Assembly: GCA_016932045.1 (NCBI GenBank)
Contig: JAFGDO010000002.1
Span: 2,553 to 66,552, forward strand
Length of the DNA: 64,000 bases
DNA from: Candidatus Dojkabacteria bacterium
GTDB lineage: Bacteria; Patescibacteriota; Dojkabacteria; JAHIVN01
Direction: 5' to 3'
In this document: positions 1 to 9,711 of the stretch, piece after piece
Numbering within the stretch: the first letter of the stretch is position 1
Layout of the letters: each line of letters begins with the position of its first letter
Program-made: the position numbers and the translations under genes
The notes under the pieces: model-generated
What the model saw: only the letters and a program-made list of their open reading frames with translations
Told to the model about the DNA's origin: nothing
Database searches by the model: none

Positions 1-2
1 GT

Positions 3-1388
3 GAAAAGAAAGCCTATCTAGTTACTGATTTTGTCGAGATATATAAGCAGATCAAAAAAGGTGCTACTGTGATCAATTATTCTGTTGGCTTTTCACATGT
101 CGGTCCACAGTACAAAAAGGCAAATGATATGTACCGTATGCTTCTTTCAAAGATAGCAAGTGATAATCCTAAAGTTCTTTTTGTTGCAGCTGCCGGCAAT
201 GAGGGAGATGAGGGAGTTCAGTTAGATGGCACAAATTATTCTATGGGTGGAATTAGCCTTCCGAATGTAATCACTGTAGGGGGACTTGATAATAGTGGCG
301 ATACCTATGAATATTCAAATACAGCAACAGGAAATGGTGAAGTTACTCTTGCCGCGTGCGCAACTGAAGTCCCGGTAGGTTACAACGAAGATGGAACAGT
401 CGCAACGAATACTGGAACAAGTTTTGCGACTCCGCAGGTTACTTCTGCAGCAGCTATTCTTCGATCAATTAATCCGGATTTGAGTGCAAAAGAGATCAAA
501 GATATATTAGTTGCGACGGCAGCTTCGAGTATTACAAATAAGGAGATATCTTCGGAAGAGAAGGCAGTTGAAGCTGGTATCGGCGGAAAAGTTCTTCAGA
601 TTGATAAGGCGGTTTTGAAAGTTCTGAAGGAGCTCCCAGACGATAAAAGACCTGCAAATTTAGATGAAGAATTTCTTGATAAGGTAACCTACATTAATGC
701 TACTGCTACTGTCAGAGAAGGTGATGCTTTGACATACGATATTGTTGCAGAAATTGAGGCAGTAAGGCCGGGAGGAACTGAAGTCAAGATTGAGCTTCAA
801 GGTGCCGGACAAGTTACTGGTGAGTCTATAAAAAGGATCGATAAACCCGGGACGCTTTCTTGGAGCTTTGGATTCTTCAAAGAAGGCGACGAAGCAACTC
901 TTGTGATTACCCGTCTTGATACTCAAGCTTGTGTGCGGCTCTTTCTAAAAGCTATTCCGGAATACACGGGTCAGGCTGTTATACCGCTACCGGATATGGG
1001 TATGGGAGGTGCTGTTCCGAAGATTACACTGGATGCAAAAGTTGAGATCCTTCCGAATGGTGAAGTATCTCTTGAGTTTATAGGTCAAGGAGAATTCAGT
1101 GTTACTGATTCTGGGTATACTCATGTCGCTAATTATGACATGAAGATAACTGCAATTGGGATACTTAATGAGCAAAATAAGATAGATGCTACAGGAACAT
1201 ATACTTTTGATTATGTTGTGACGCTGGATCCGCAAGTGGCAGCTTTCCTTGGAATGAGTACAATCCCAGGGGTTACAACAGGGGACGTGCAGGTTGTAGG
1301 TGAAAGATCAGGAAATACAGTTACGGGGACTATCATATTTGACTCAAATCCTGCGACAACAGGTACATTTACTGCACAGGCAAGTTAG
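3..1388 (+). CDS. Subtilisin-like serine peptidase (S8 family), 5'-partial; catalytic Asn/Ser region plus C-terminal beta-rich extension
   Basis: Frame 3 is open from window start. The ORF contains the oxyanion-hole block VLFVAAAGNEGDEG and the catalytic-Ser block GTSFATPQVTSAAAIL typical of subtilases. The upstream Asp/His motifs lie outside the window. Confidence 0.7.
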   Translation, partial: EKKAYLVTDFVEIYKQIKKGATVINYSVGFSHVGPQYKKANDMYRMLLSKIASDNPKVLFVAAAGNEGDEGVQLDGTNYSMGGISLPNVITVGGLDNSGDTYEYSNTATGNGEVTLAACATEVPVGYNEDGTVATNTGTSFATPQVTSAAAILRSINPDLSAKEIKDILVATAASSITNKEISSEEKAVEAGIGGKVLQIDKAVLKVLKELPDDKRPANLDEEFLDKVTYINATATVREGDALTYDIVAEIEAVRPGGTEVKIELQGAGQVTGESIKRIDKPGTLSWSFGFFKEGDEATLVITRLDTQACVRLFLKAIPEYTGQAVIPLPDMGMGGAVPKITLDAKVEILPNGEVSLEFIGQGEFSVTDSGYTHVANYDMKITAIGILNEQNKIDATGTYTFDYVVTLDPQVAAFLGMSTIPGVTTGDVQVVGERSGNTVTGTIIFDSNPATTGTFTAQAS

Positions 1389-1398
1389 GACGTGAGAT

Positions 1399-2394
1399 TT
1401 AGGTCATATCCATAAGTTCACGAAGCTGTTGCTCATAGAATTCTCTTTTTAGCTTCATTCTATGTACCTGTGGTAATTCAGCTCTTTGTAATACTCTATG
1501 CTTTCCTATGCGTGTATCAGAATTATAAGCCATAAAAACAAGAGGAACTTGGTCAAAAGTTCTCAGTAAATAATTTGTAAAGCTAACTAGTAGCTGGTTT
1601 GGAGGTAAAAGCTCTCTTCCTCTACTTGGTCTGTGTTCGATAAATACCAGAAATGAAGCGTTCTGATCAGTTTCTTGAATTTTTCCTATCTCTTGCAACA
1701 GTTCCTTCCCATTGTAAATGCGACCTCCCACACCTCCTGTTTCAAGAATTTCTGCTCTCAAACCTTCTTGATCAAGCGGGATGGTTGCCAGCATGAATGG
1801 CATAGTCAGCTCAAGTTGCAAGAGTCGGAGTGCAACTTGCCGTTGGAAGAATGATGCTTCAGGTGAAGTGTAGATATTGAATGGCGAGAGAATATCCGAA
1901 GGCATGAAAGGCATCGACTCACCATTTGGCAGCCTGCGTGCAACAGCGGCAAGTACGGCAGGAAGAGTTGTATGATTCACTACTATAATCTTTCCTCCTT
2001 CTGGAAATGTTTCAATACCATTAGTTCTTTCACCGGACATGCGTGATAAAACTGTGCGAAGGTCAGGGGAAGAAAATCTTGAAGAATCCCAATTTCCACT
2101 AAGTGCAGCACGGGCTGTTGCGAATGTGAGTCCGGGCTTAAGCATTAATGCGGGTGCTGCTCTTAGTAAGCTTCCAACAATATATGGAAGTTCGTCTTTA
2201 AAGCCTGTTGTTATAACATGATTGTTGTTTGGTGCTTCTGCTTCTGGCATACGAACCAAATTATATTCCAAACATGGCTTTATGGGAAGCTTTTTATAAT
2301 ATTCAATTAAGAATGAAAAATTAACAATTAACAATGAAGCAATGCCTTCAGCTATCTTACTATTTACACATTTTACTGATTTTCTATAAAGCAT
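1399..2394 (-). CDS. Hypothetical protein (331 aa), atypical composition, overlaps the upstream gene by 11 nt
   Basis: Long ORF on the minus strand. Ala/Arg/Leu-rich protein with noticeably higher local GC than neighbours (about 42-46% in hand-counted samples). No family recognised. Confidence 0.4.
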   Translation of the reverse strand: MLYRKSVKCVNSKIAEGIASLLIVNFSFLIEYYKKLPIKPCLEYNLVRMPEAEAPNNNHVITTGFKDELPYIVGSLLRAAPALMLKPGLTFATARAALSGNWDSSRFSSPDLRTVLSRMSGERTNGIETFPEGGKIIVVNHTTLPAVLAAVARRLPNGESMPFMPSDILSPFNIYTSPEASFFQRQVALRLLQLELTMPFMLATIPLDQEGLRAEILETGGVGGRIYNGKELLQEIGKIQETDQNASFLVFIEHRPSRGRELLPPNQLLVSFTNYLLRTFDQVPLVFMAYNSDTRIGKHRVLQRAELPQVHRMKLKREFYEQQLRELMDMT

Positions 2395-3415
2395 CCAACC
2401 CTCTTAGCAGAGAGCCGACTCTATCCCAACCTCCCCCCTGATCAATGGTTTGGTAGACGGAAGTTCCAATTTTCACTGCAAAATTATTTGCTTCAAAATC
2501 TTTTTCTACTTGTGGATCAAAGTATCCGCTTCCGACATCATCACTCCAGAACCGTAAAGAGGAAAACGGTCGAAAAGTTGTTCTAAGTTCGTATCCGACA
2601 CTTGCAGCATTGGAAATTTTCATTGCTCTTTCTACGGGACTTTCCTTCCCACGTATTAAAAGTCCCACAAAACGTGGAATCTCCCGGCTTTTTTCTGGAA
2701 AGTATTTTGAGAGGTATAGATATTCAATTATAAGAAACATGTGATTGGTGATATGCCATGTTCTGTCTACTCTCCCAAGTACAGGTGATATCTTACTTGC
2801 AAACTGAGTCCAGAAGAAAGTTCCAAAACCTTGTAATTTTTGTCGAGTTGGTACTTGGTACTGAAAAAGTTCTTCTACTTCTTTGAACGTTAGCCACTTA
2901 TCACTTATAAGCATTGCCATAGCTATTGTCGATATATGAAGAACTTCCTCGGCTAACATTTCTTGCGGTAAGTCTGGAAAAGTTGCCTGAAGCGACGAGG
3001 CTACGGTATCTCCTACCTCTACCCATAACGAGCCAAGTTGATATGGAGATTCTGCTTCAAGAATTTTTATAAAAAATTCTGAGGTAATATCTGTAACAAA
3101 GGGTTGTAGAGATAGCTCTTTTAAAAAAGGTATATGTCCATGGTTGAATCCTAAAAAGGGCATTTTTGCAGCTTGTTCAAGAAATGCAGGAGCATACTTT
3201 CCATTTTCTGAAACTTCAGTAGGACTAGTAAAGCGTGGTGAATCCAAAAGGTACAGCACTCCTCCAGAGAGTAAACCAACTCCCGCTGATGCTATGGCGG
3301 CTAACTGTCTAACAGCAGGTTTAGCTGCCAAGCTTAGTGCTGCTTTCAGAACATCGCGTCTCGAAAGCGTTGGTATCGATTGTTCATCTGTTTCCATTGA
3401 TATTGACGTATACAA
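2384..3415 (-). CDS. Hypothetical exported protein with twin-arginine-like signal peptide (343 aa)
   Basis: N-terminus SRRDVLKAALSLAAKPA resembles a Tat signal (S-R-R-x-hydrophobic). Co-directional with, and overlapping, the 1399..2394 ORF. GC elevated. Confidence 0.4.
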   Translation of the reverse strand: MYTSISMETDEQSIPTLSRRDVLKAALSLAAKPAVRQLAAIASAGVGLLSGGVLYLLDSPRFTSPTEVSENGKYAPAFLEQAAKMPFLGFNHGHIPFLKELSLQPFVTDITSEFFIKILEAESPYQLGSLWVEVGDTVASSLQATFPDLPQEMLAEEVLHISTIAMAMLISDKWLTFKEVEELFQYQVPTRQKLQGFGTFFWTQFASKISPVLGRVDRTWHITNHMFLIIEYLYLSKYFPEKSREIPRFVGLLIRGKESPVERAMKISNAASVGYELRTTFRPFSSLRFWSDDVGSGYFDPQVEKDFEANNFAVKIGTSVYQTIDQGGGWDRVGSLLRGLDAL

Positions 3416-3562
3416 TTTATCCAGTTAGGAAAGAAGCAGGTTTTGAAACAAGGTTGATGACTTTTATTTAAATCCTTATAATAGATATTGTGAAGTAACT
3501 TGTGATAGTTAAGATATAACTCTTATATAAAATATTTGTTTCATTTTTTTTGATTATTAACT

Positions 3563-3910
3563 ATGAACAAAGAAGTTACAGAATATATAAAAAAGCAAAA
3601 ATCTCCTCAGAAGGAGATTTCACTAAAACTTAGGAAGATTATATTAAAGACCTTTCCAGATATTAAAGAGGAGATGAAGAATGGTGTTCCTTGGTATGAG
3701 GGGAAGTATTATATTGCTGCTCTTAGAGACTCAGTAAATTTAGGCTTTTCGGTACTAGGACTTACAAAGAAGGAACAGAAGCTTTTTAAGGGAAATGGTA
3801 AATATATGAGACATAGAAAATTCAGATCAATGGGTGAACTTGATGAGGATGAAATTGTAAAACTACTGAAAATAGCAAAGAAAAGTTATTGCGACGAAAA
3901 ATGCTTATAA
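3563..3910 (+). CDS. Small DUF1801/YdhG-like protein
   Basis: 115-aa ORF whose pattern (KNGVPWYE...Y) resembles the DUF1801 family. Weak. Confidence 0.35.
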   Translation: MNKEVTEYIKKQKSPQKEISLKLRKIILKTFPDIKEEMKNGVPWYEGKYYIAALRDSVNLGFSVLGLTKKEQKLFKGNGKYMRHRKFRSMGELDEDEIVKLLKIAKKSYCDEKCL

Positions 3911-3928
3911 TGGACTAGATTTTAAGAT

Positions 3929-4366
3929 CTATTTGGAAGCAGTTATTAATTCGAGTGATTTCATAAACATTCTCTGTATATCGGGGAACTCGACCATTTG
4001 AAAGACCTTTCTCTTTTCTACCCACTTTGTTTCAATGATTTCATTTCTAAGCCTTGGTTTCGTCTTAGGATGCACTTTAACCAAAAAGAGGTGAGTAATG
4101 CCGGTTTTCCCCATTCGATTAGGTTTTTCTTGGCCATATGTAAACTCATTTTTTATGGGCGTTTTAATCATCAGATACTGATCAGGTCCCAGGCCGATCT
4201 CCTCTCTCAGTTCCCTCATCAGTGTGCTTTCTATTGTTTCGTCCTCAATTTCACGTGCACCTCCAGGAAACGTCCAGAATCCGTTTCGGTGTTTTAGAAG
4301 TAGAAACTTGCCGGTATTTGTGGAATATGTGATACCAAGAACACCATAGATAACTTCGCTTGCCAT
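3929..4366 (-). CDS. NUDIX hydrolase
   Basis: Nudix box GGAREIEDETIESTLMRELREEIGL matches the GX5EX7REUXEEXGU consensus. Confidence 0.75.
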   Translation of the reverse strand: MASEVIYGVLGITYSTNTGKFLLLKHRNGFWTFPGGAREIEDETIESTLMRELREEIGLGPDQYLMIKTPIKNEFTYGQEKPNRMGKTGITHLFLVKVHPKTKPRLRNEIIETKWVEKRKVFQMVEFPDIQRMFMKSLELITASK

Positions 4367-4511
4367 AGTTTTTAGTTGTAATAATTAATTGTGCAGAAAT
4401 TTTTAATCCTTCGATGTTGCTCGGGATTGAAATCGAGACACGACTGCATTATTAGTTGCTATAAAAAAGATCGATATGCTAAAACTGAACTTGACCATTG
4501 TAGAATTTCTT

Positions 4512-5345
4512 TCATGAATACGGAATTCCGAGAATTGTCTTTTTTATCATCCATTTGATTTCTTCAATTTTATCTACTGCTGCCTTTTCACCTATTTCAA
4601 TAATTCTTGTTTCTCCCAAGAATTTAAACATGGGTACATCTGGTACCCTTGGTTCGATAACTATTTCTGCTTCTTTGATATTGTATTTGGCAATATTGTA
4701 TCCCATTATATCCAGTGCAGCACTTACTATAGAAGAAACCGGTAACTTATCATCTTTACCTTCCTTATCTTTCGGGGGAAAGTGTTTCCAATTCAGACTT
4801 ACTGCGATGACCCTTTGAGCTCCCATATCTTTTACTGCCTTTACAGGTACCTGCTCAACCACACCCCCGTCAATTAGAAATCTTTTCCTTTTTTTGAAAG
4901 GAGAAAAAACACCCGGAACAGAACAACTTGTACGTATGGCTTCTGCCAGATTTCCGGTGTCTATGTAAACAGTTTCACCTGTGACTACATCAGCAGCAAC
5001 TGCCCGAAATGGAATCTTAGTATCTTCAACATTAATTTTACCAACCTGCTCTTTAATGAAATTTATGGCTTTACCTCCTTTAAATAAACCTGATACCAAA
5101 CTTGGATCAGAAAAAGCCCGAAGATAATCCTTGTAGCTTACGTTTTGTGCTAGCTCTTCTAATTCTCTGACGTTTTTCTTTGCAGCATACATACCACCAA
5201 TTAGAGCTCCTGCACTTGTTCCTGCTATAAAGTCTATTGGAATTTTATTCCGTTCTAAGACTTTTATGACTCCCAGGTGGGCAAGTCCACGCGCACCTCC
5301 GCCTCCAAGCGCTAATCCTATTTTACTTCTTCCGAAAAGCTTCAT
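4512..5345 (-). CDS. Patatin-like phospholipase
   Basis: Gly-rich oxyanion motif GLALGGGGARGLAHLGV, the GTSAG nucleophile elbow (GxSxG) and a DGG motif. Confidence 0.8.
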   Translation of the reverse strand: MKLFGRSKIGLALGGGGARGLAHLGVIKVLERNKIPIDFIAGTSAGALIGGMYAAKKNVRELEELAQNVSYKDYLRAFSDPSLVSGLFKGGKAINFIKEQVGKINVEDTKIPFRAVAADVVTGETVYIDTGNLAEAIRTSCSVPGVFSPFKKRKRFLIDGGVVEQVPVKAVKDMGAQRVIAVSLNWKHFPPKDKEGKDDKLPVSSIVSAALDIMGYNIAKYNIKEAEIVIEPRVPDVPMFKFLGETRIIEIGEKAAVDKIEEIKWMIKKTILGIPYS

Positions 5346-5435
5346 GGCAATAATATATAGGATTTTTTTAATATGGGCAAATATTTGTGATAGAATAATA
5401 TTCTATACTGTGTGATTTTTGATTTCAAGCTCCTG

Positions 5436-6121
5436 GTTCCAATCTCTGGTTAGTGGTTCCAATCTCCGGTTGGAACCAGTCTGACACAGATAGAAAACTT
5501 AAATGAAGACCAGCAGGGTTCTAGGCAGAACCTGGAACCAGATAAAGATAAAAAATTCTTAATATGCCAACTCTTAGAATCCACAAATACAATGAAAGCA
5601 AGACACATTTCTTTACCCTTAGGGTAGTTGAATGGATAAATATATTTACCGAACGAGCTTATACGCAAATAATTATCGAGAGTCTTAAATTCTGTCGGAA
5701 AGAAAAGGGGTTGCTTCTGCATGCCTATGTTATTATGCCGAACCATTTACACATTCTTGCTTCTGCTCAGAATAAGAATTTATCTTCAATTATAAGGGAC
5801 TTTAAAAGTTTTGCTTCTTATAAAATACTTGCATCATGATCATAGAAGATACATCCTTCGTTTAATTTATAAGTCATTCTTTAAGAGAAATGGACAAAAA
5901 TTTCAGATCTGGCATAGTGAGAATTAATCTGTACCTATTTATGCTGAAGATCTATATCGACAAAAGTTAAATTACATACACGAAAATCCTGTTAGGAAGG
6001 AGTATGTAGCAAGGCCGGAGGATTGGCTTTATTCATCAGCAAGAAACTATTATAATGATGACGATACTATTATAATAGTCGATAAGATATGAGTCCTGGT
6101 TCGAATTTCTAGTTGGAACCA
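5436..6121 (+). mobile_element. Degraded IS200/IS605-family (Y1/RayT-like transposase) element with flanking hairpins
   Basis: Left hairpin GGTTCCAAtctccgTTGGAACC (about 5449-5472). Right imperfect hairpin CTGGTTCGAAtttctagTTGGAACCAG (about 6093-6120). The internal ORF has the HAYVIMPNHLHIL and NPVRKEYVARPEDWLYSSARNY motifs in different frames. Confidence 0.55.
5564..6090 (+). pseudogene. Frameshifted and stop-interrupted IS200-like Y1 transposase (tnpA/RayT-like)
   Basis: HxH-type motif (MPNHLHIL) in frame 2 ending at a stop at 5839. The C-terminal motif ENPVRKEYVARPEDWLYSSARNY is in frame 3 (about 5952-6090). The middle segment GQKFQIWHSEN* is in yet another frame. Confidence 0.6.
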
Positions 6122-6211
6122 GAAAAGGGAAGGAAACATTTAGTCATTGATTTTGCCCGAACTGTATGTTAAATAATATTCGTTTGATTAGTTAAATTAG
6201 TATATATTCGT

Positions 6212-7660
6212 ATGTCATATTCTCCGGTAATCGGCCTCGAGGTCCACATACAGTCAAAGACAGAATCTAAAATGTTCTGTTCGTGTCCAACTGATTATTT
6301 TGGCAAGGATCCGAATACTTGTACTTGTCCCACTTGTCTTGGACTACCTGGTGCCCTTCCGACTATAAACCAATCAGGACTCGATCAATGCATTAAACTA
6401 GCTCTTGCCTTGCACTGCAAGATTAATAGTGTAACCAAGTTCGATCGCAAGAACTATTTTTATCCGGATCTTCCCAAGGGCTATCAGATCTCACAATTTG
6501 ATTTACCGGTTGGATACGAAGGGTATCTGGAGATAGATGTGGACGGTGATTCAAGACGCGTAAGAATTACCCGCGTTCATCAGGAAGAGGATACAGGAAA
6601 GTCAATACATGAAGACCAAGCGACTCTTTTAGACTTCAATAAATCAGGTGTTCCTCTTATTGAAGTTGTGTCTGAACCGGATTTTACTGAGGTAGGGGAA
6701 GTTACAGAATATGCGAAGGAGCTTAAAAGAATTGTCCGGTATCTTGGCGTATCAGATGCAAATATGGAAAAAGGACAGATGCGTTTCGAACTAAATATAA
6801 GCATGAAAGAGGATGGGACAAAGGGACTGCCTGATTACAAAGTTGAAGTAAAAAATATTGGCTCAGTTTCTGTCTTGGAAAAGGTGATAAATTTTGAGAC
6901 TCGAAGACAGACTAAATTACTTGAAGCAGGTGAAAAACCAAAGCAGGAGACAAGAGGGCTTAAAGATATGACAGGAGAAACTGTCTCCCAGAGATTTAAA
7001 GAAGGAAGCTCTGACTATAGATACTTCCCAGAACCGGATTTGCCTCCAATTGAAATAGGGGATGACTGGATGAATGAACTTAGCGGACAGGTTCCGGAAC
7101 TGCCTCGTGACAGAAAAGTAAGGTTCATGAGAGATTATGGACTTGAGCAGGATGTTGCAGGGATAATTACTGAGGTGAAGTCGAGAGCGGATTGGTTTGA
7201 GGAAGCAGTTAGGGAGCAACCAAAAGAAGTAGCAAAGGAAATTGCTAAATGGTTAGTTGGAGATCTAATGTCCCTGCTACGTAAATATAAAAAGAAATTG
7301 ACCGAATTTAACAACTTTTATTTAATTGAATTGGTGAGTTTGTTAACGGATAAAAAGATATCAGGGTCTGTAGCTAAAGAAGTATTGGAGCTTCCTTTTA
7401 AAGTAAAAACGTACTGGGTTGATGGTGTCATGCCCAGTGACATTGTCAAAGAAAAAGGACTAGAGCAAGTAAGCGATGAATCAGAAGTTGAAAAAGTTGT
7501 CGATCAGGTGATAAAGGAAAATTCCGGTCCAGTAGAAGATTATAGAGGCGGAAAAGAAAATGCGCTTCAGTTTCTTGTTGGCCAGGTGATGAGACAGACA
7601 AAAGGGAAGGCAAATCCGAAGGTGGCTGATAAGCTACTAAGGGAGAAGTTAAAAACATAG
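6212..7660 (+). CDS. gatB: Asp-tRNA(Asn)/Glu-tRNA(Gln) amidotransferase subunit B
   Basis: N-terminus VIGLEVHIQSKTESKMFCSCPTDYFG and overall length (482 aa) match GatB, with the C-terminal YqeY-like region. Confidence 0.9.
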   Translation: MSYSPVIGLEVHIQSKTESKMFCSCPTDYFGKDPNTCTCPTCLGLPGALPTINQSGLDQCIKLALALHCKINSVTKFDRKNYFYPDLPKGYQISQFDLPVGYEGYLEIDVDGDSRRVRITRVHQEEDTGKSIHEDQATLLDFNKSGVPLIEVVSEPDFTEVGEVTEYAKELKRIVRYLGVSDANMEKGQMRFELNISMKEDGTKGLPDYKVEVKNIGSVSVLEKVINFETRRQTKLLEAGEKPKQETRGLKDMTGETVSQRFKEGSSDYRYFPEPDLPPIEIGDDWMNELSGQVPELPRDRKVRFMRDYGLEQDVAGIITEVKSRADWFEEAVREQPKEVAKEIAKWLVGDLMSLLRKYKKKLTEFNNFYLIELVSLLTDKKISGSVAKEVLELPFKVKTYWVDGVMPSDIVKEKGLEQVSDESEVEKVVDQVIKENSGPVEDYRGGKENALQFLVGQVMRQTKGKANPKVADKLLREKLKT

Positions 7661-7703
7661 ATAACTGCATACTGAGGGTCGAAATTTAAGTTTATTATTA
7701 TTT

Positions 7704-7925
7704 ATGGAAATTAAGAAGGGAATTTACAAACATTACAAAGGGAATAGGTATAGGGTTTTGGGTGTTGCAAAGCACAGCGAGACACTTGAAGACCTGGTCG
7801 TATATGAGGCTTTATATGAGAACGAATTATCAAAGCTATGGGTACGGCCTATCAGTATGTTTTTTGAAGAAGTAGAGTGGGATGGTAAAAAGGTGCCGAG
7901 GTTTAAGTTAGTGAGTCCGGAGTAA
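7704..7925 (+). CDS. DUF1653-family small protein
   Basis: GIYKHYKGNRYRVLGVAKHSETLEDLVVYEALY...LWVRP matches the DUF1653 pattern. Confidence 0.55.
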   Translation: MEIKKGIYKHYKGNRYRVLGVAKHSETLEDLVVYEALYENELSKLWVRPISMFFEEVEWDGKKVPRFKLVSPE

Positions 7926-8023
7926 AAACTAAATTACAGAGACAGAATTTTTAGGTAAACAGCAATAGGATAAGATGAAGATGGAATTCCTATTTGTAAA
8001 ATTTTTAAAAATCAACTTTCATA

Positions 8024-8362
8024 ATGAAAAAGTATTACCATAAAAAACTGATCCGGGATAAAATTCCTGAACTTATTCAGAAAACCGGCGGAAGTTTTGA
8101 GACCAAGGTTTTAAGCATAATTGAGTTTGAGAAGGAACTAAAAAAGAAATTAATTGAAGAATCCCAAGAAATAGTTGAGGCTAGTCCGGAAAGAATGCTC
8201 AACGAGCTGGCAGATGTATTGGAACTAATTAAATCAATAGGAGTTCATTATGGCATAAAGTTCAGAGATATCGAAAAGTATCAGCTGAAAAAGAATAAGG
8301 AGAGAGGGGGATTTTTGAAGAGATTATTTCTCATCTGGTCTACTGGAAAATCCGGCCAGTAA
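8024..8362 (+). CDS. MazG-like nucleoside triphosphate pyrophosphohydrolase (small, house-cleaning type)
   Basis: LIRDKIPE...E...ELADVLELI helix pair resembles the MazG/HisE superfamily. Confidence 0.45.
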   Translation: MKKYYHKKLIRDKIPELIQKTGGSFETKVLSIIEFEKELKKKLIEESQEIVEASPERMLNELADVLELIKSIGVHYGIKFRDIEKYQLKKNKERGGFLKRLFLIWSTGKSGQ

Positions 8363-8426
8363 ATTGCCATTAAAATGTTCTCTAAAATGTTTTATAATAG
8401 AAATAATATTTTTTATCTGCAAACCT

Positions 8427-9290
8427 ATGTTTAGAGATAAGTTTAATCCCAAGTTTTTCAAAGCTTTAGCAGGATTCGGCTGTATTGTGCTATTCCTGAT
8501 ATTTTTTATCCCATCGTTTTTTGTTGTGGTTGATGCCGGTGAAGTCGGGGTTTATTCTCTGTTTGGAAAGGTAAGCGATGATCCTTTATACCCGGGATTC
8601 AACTTTAAGATTCCTTTTGCAAAGGTGATAAGGATGACTACTCGCACTCAGGATTATACTATGACGAGTGTAGACGAAGATAGTGAATATCTCACATCAA
8701 CTTCAGGTTCCAATGATGCCATTGAGTCGCGTGCTTCTGATGGTGCACTCATATGGCTTGATATTACTGTACTTTATCATCTTGATGCTACAAAAGCTCC
8801 AGAGATATACAAGAACTTAGGCATTGATTATACAGAAAAATTAGTAAGACCTACGATTAGAAGTTCTATTCGGGGGGTAGTTGCGAACTACACTGTAACT
8901 GAGATTTATTCAACCAAACGTGATGAAATTCAATCAAAACTTCTTGAGGGAATGAAAGAGGATCTGGAAACAAGAGGTATACAGGTGGAAGAAGTATTAC
9001 TGCGGAAAGTGAACTTATCTCAAACACTTTCAGCCAGTATCGAGCAAAAGCTTGCAGCACAGCAGGAAGCAGAGAAGTATGACTTTGTGCTTGAAAAAGA
9101 GGAGAAGGAAGCAGAGAGAAAAAGGATTGAAGCTGAGGGGCAAAGAGATGCTCAGCAAATCATTACGCAAAGTCTATCAAATAGTTACCTATACTATCTA
9201 TATATTCAGAACTTAAAAGAGAATCAATCAACTATTTATGTGCCGATAAATCCAGATAATGGTATGCCGCTGTTTAAGGAGTTACAGTAG
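8427..9290 (+). CDS. SPFH/band-7 (prohibitin/HflC-like) membrane protein; an alternative upstream start at 8364 is possible
   Basis: TM segment followed by GEVGVYSLFGKV...LDITVLYHL...VANYTVTEIYSTKRDEI...EEVLLRKVNL and an AQQEAE coiled-coil tail, typical of SPFH. Confidence 0.7.
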   Translation: MFRDKFNPKFFKALAGFGCIVLFLIFFIPSFFVVVDAGEVGVYSLFGKVSDDPLYPGFNFKIPFAKVIRMTTRTQDYTMTSVDEDSEYLTSTSGSNDAIESRASDGALIWLDITVLYHLDATKAPEIYKNLGIDYTEKLVRPTIRSSIRGVVANYTVTEIYSTKRDEIQSKLLEGMKEDLETRGIQVEEVLLRKVNLSQTLSASIEQKLAAQQEAEKYDFVLEKEEKEAERKRIEAEGQRDAQQIITQSLSNSYLYYLYIQNLKENQSTIYVPINPDNGMPLFKELQ

Positions 9291-9340
9291 CAACAAGTTT
9301 GATTTACTTTTATAGAATGTAACATATTAGCATTTGACTT

Positions 9341-9670
9341 ATGGCAGAGGAAAAGAAAGTAAAGCCAGAGCAAAGGGTTAAGGCAGAGATTCGTCGAGCA
9401 GTAAGGGAAGTAAAGGATACTTTTGCTTCAACAGCCTCGCTTATCATTTCTGCTTTAACTTTGGTTGCCGGTCTTGCCTGGAATGATGTTGCAAAAGCTT
9501 ATTTTTCAAAGCTAAAGGAGCACTTGAGTGGATGGGGTGAGACAGTAGGTCTTTTTTTGTACGCACTGGTTGTAACAATTATTGCGGTTGTGATTATTCA
9601 TAGACTCAGGCAGATACAAAAGGTGGTCGGCGGTAAATCTATAAAAAAAACTCCGGGTAAGATTAAATAA
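9341..9670 (+). CDS. Small membrane protein (109 aa), unknown function
   Basis: Charged N-terminus followed by two hydrophobic segments. No family confidently recognised. Confidence 0.4.
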   Translation: MAEEKKVKPEQRVKAEIRRAVREVKDTFASTASLIISALTLVAGLAWNDVAKAYFSKLKEHLSGWGETVGLFLYALVVTIIAVVIIHRLRQIQKVVGGKSIKKTPGKIK

Positions 9671-9711
9671 GTCATTCGTTTAACAATTACAATATTTTTA
9701 ATATCCAGTAA

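Noticed and set aside
660-1235. Minus-strand ORFs 660..926 and 987..1235 inside the S8 peptidase gene
   Set aside because: They are antisense to a clearly coding plus-strand gene with strong motifs and have low-complexity, Cys/Ser-rich translations. They are antisense artefacts.
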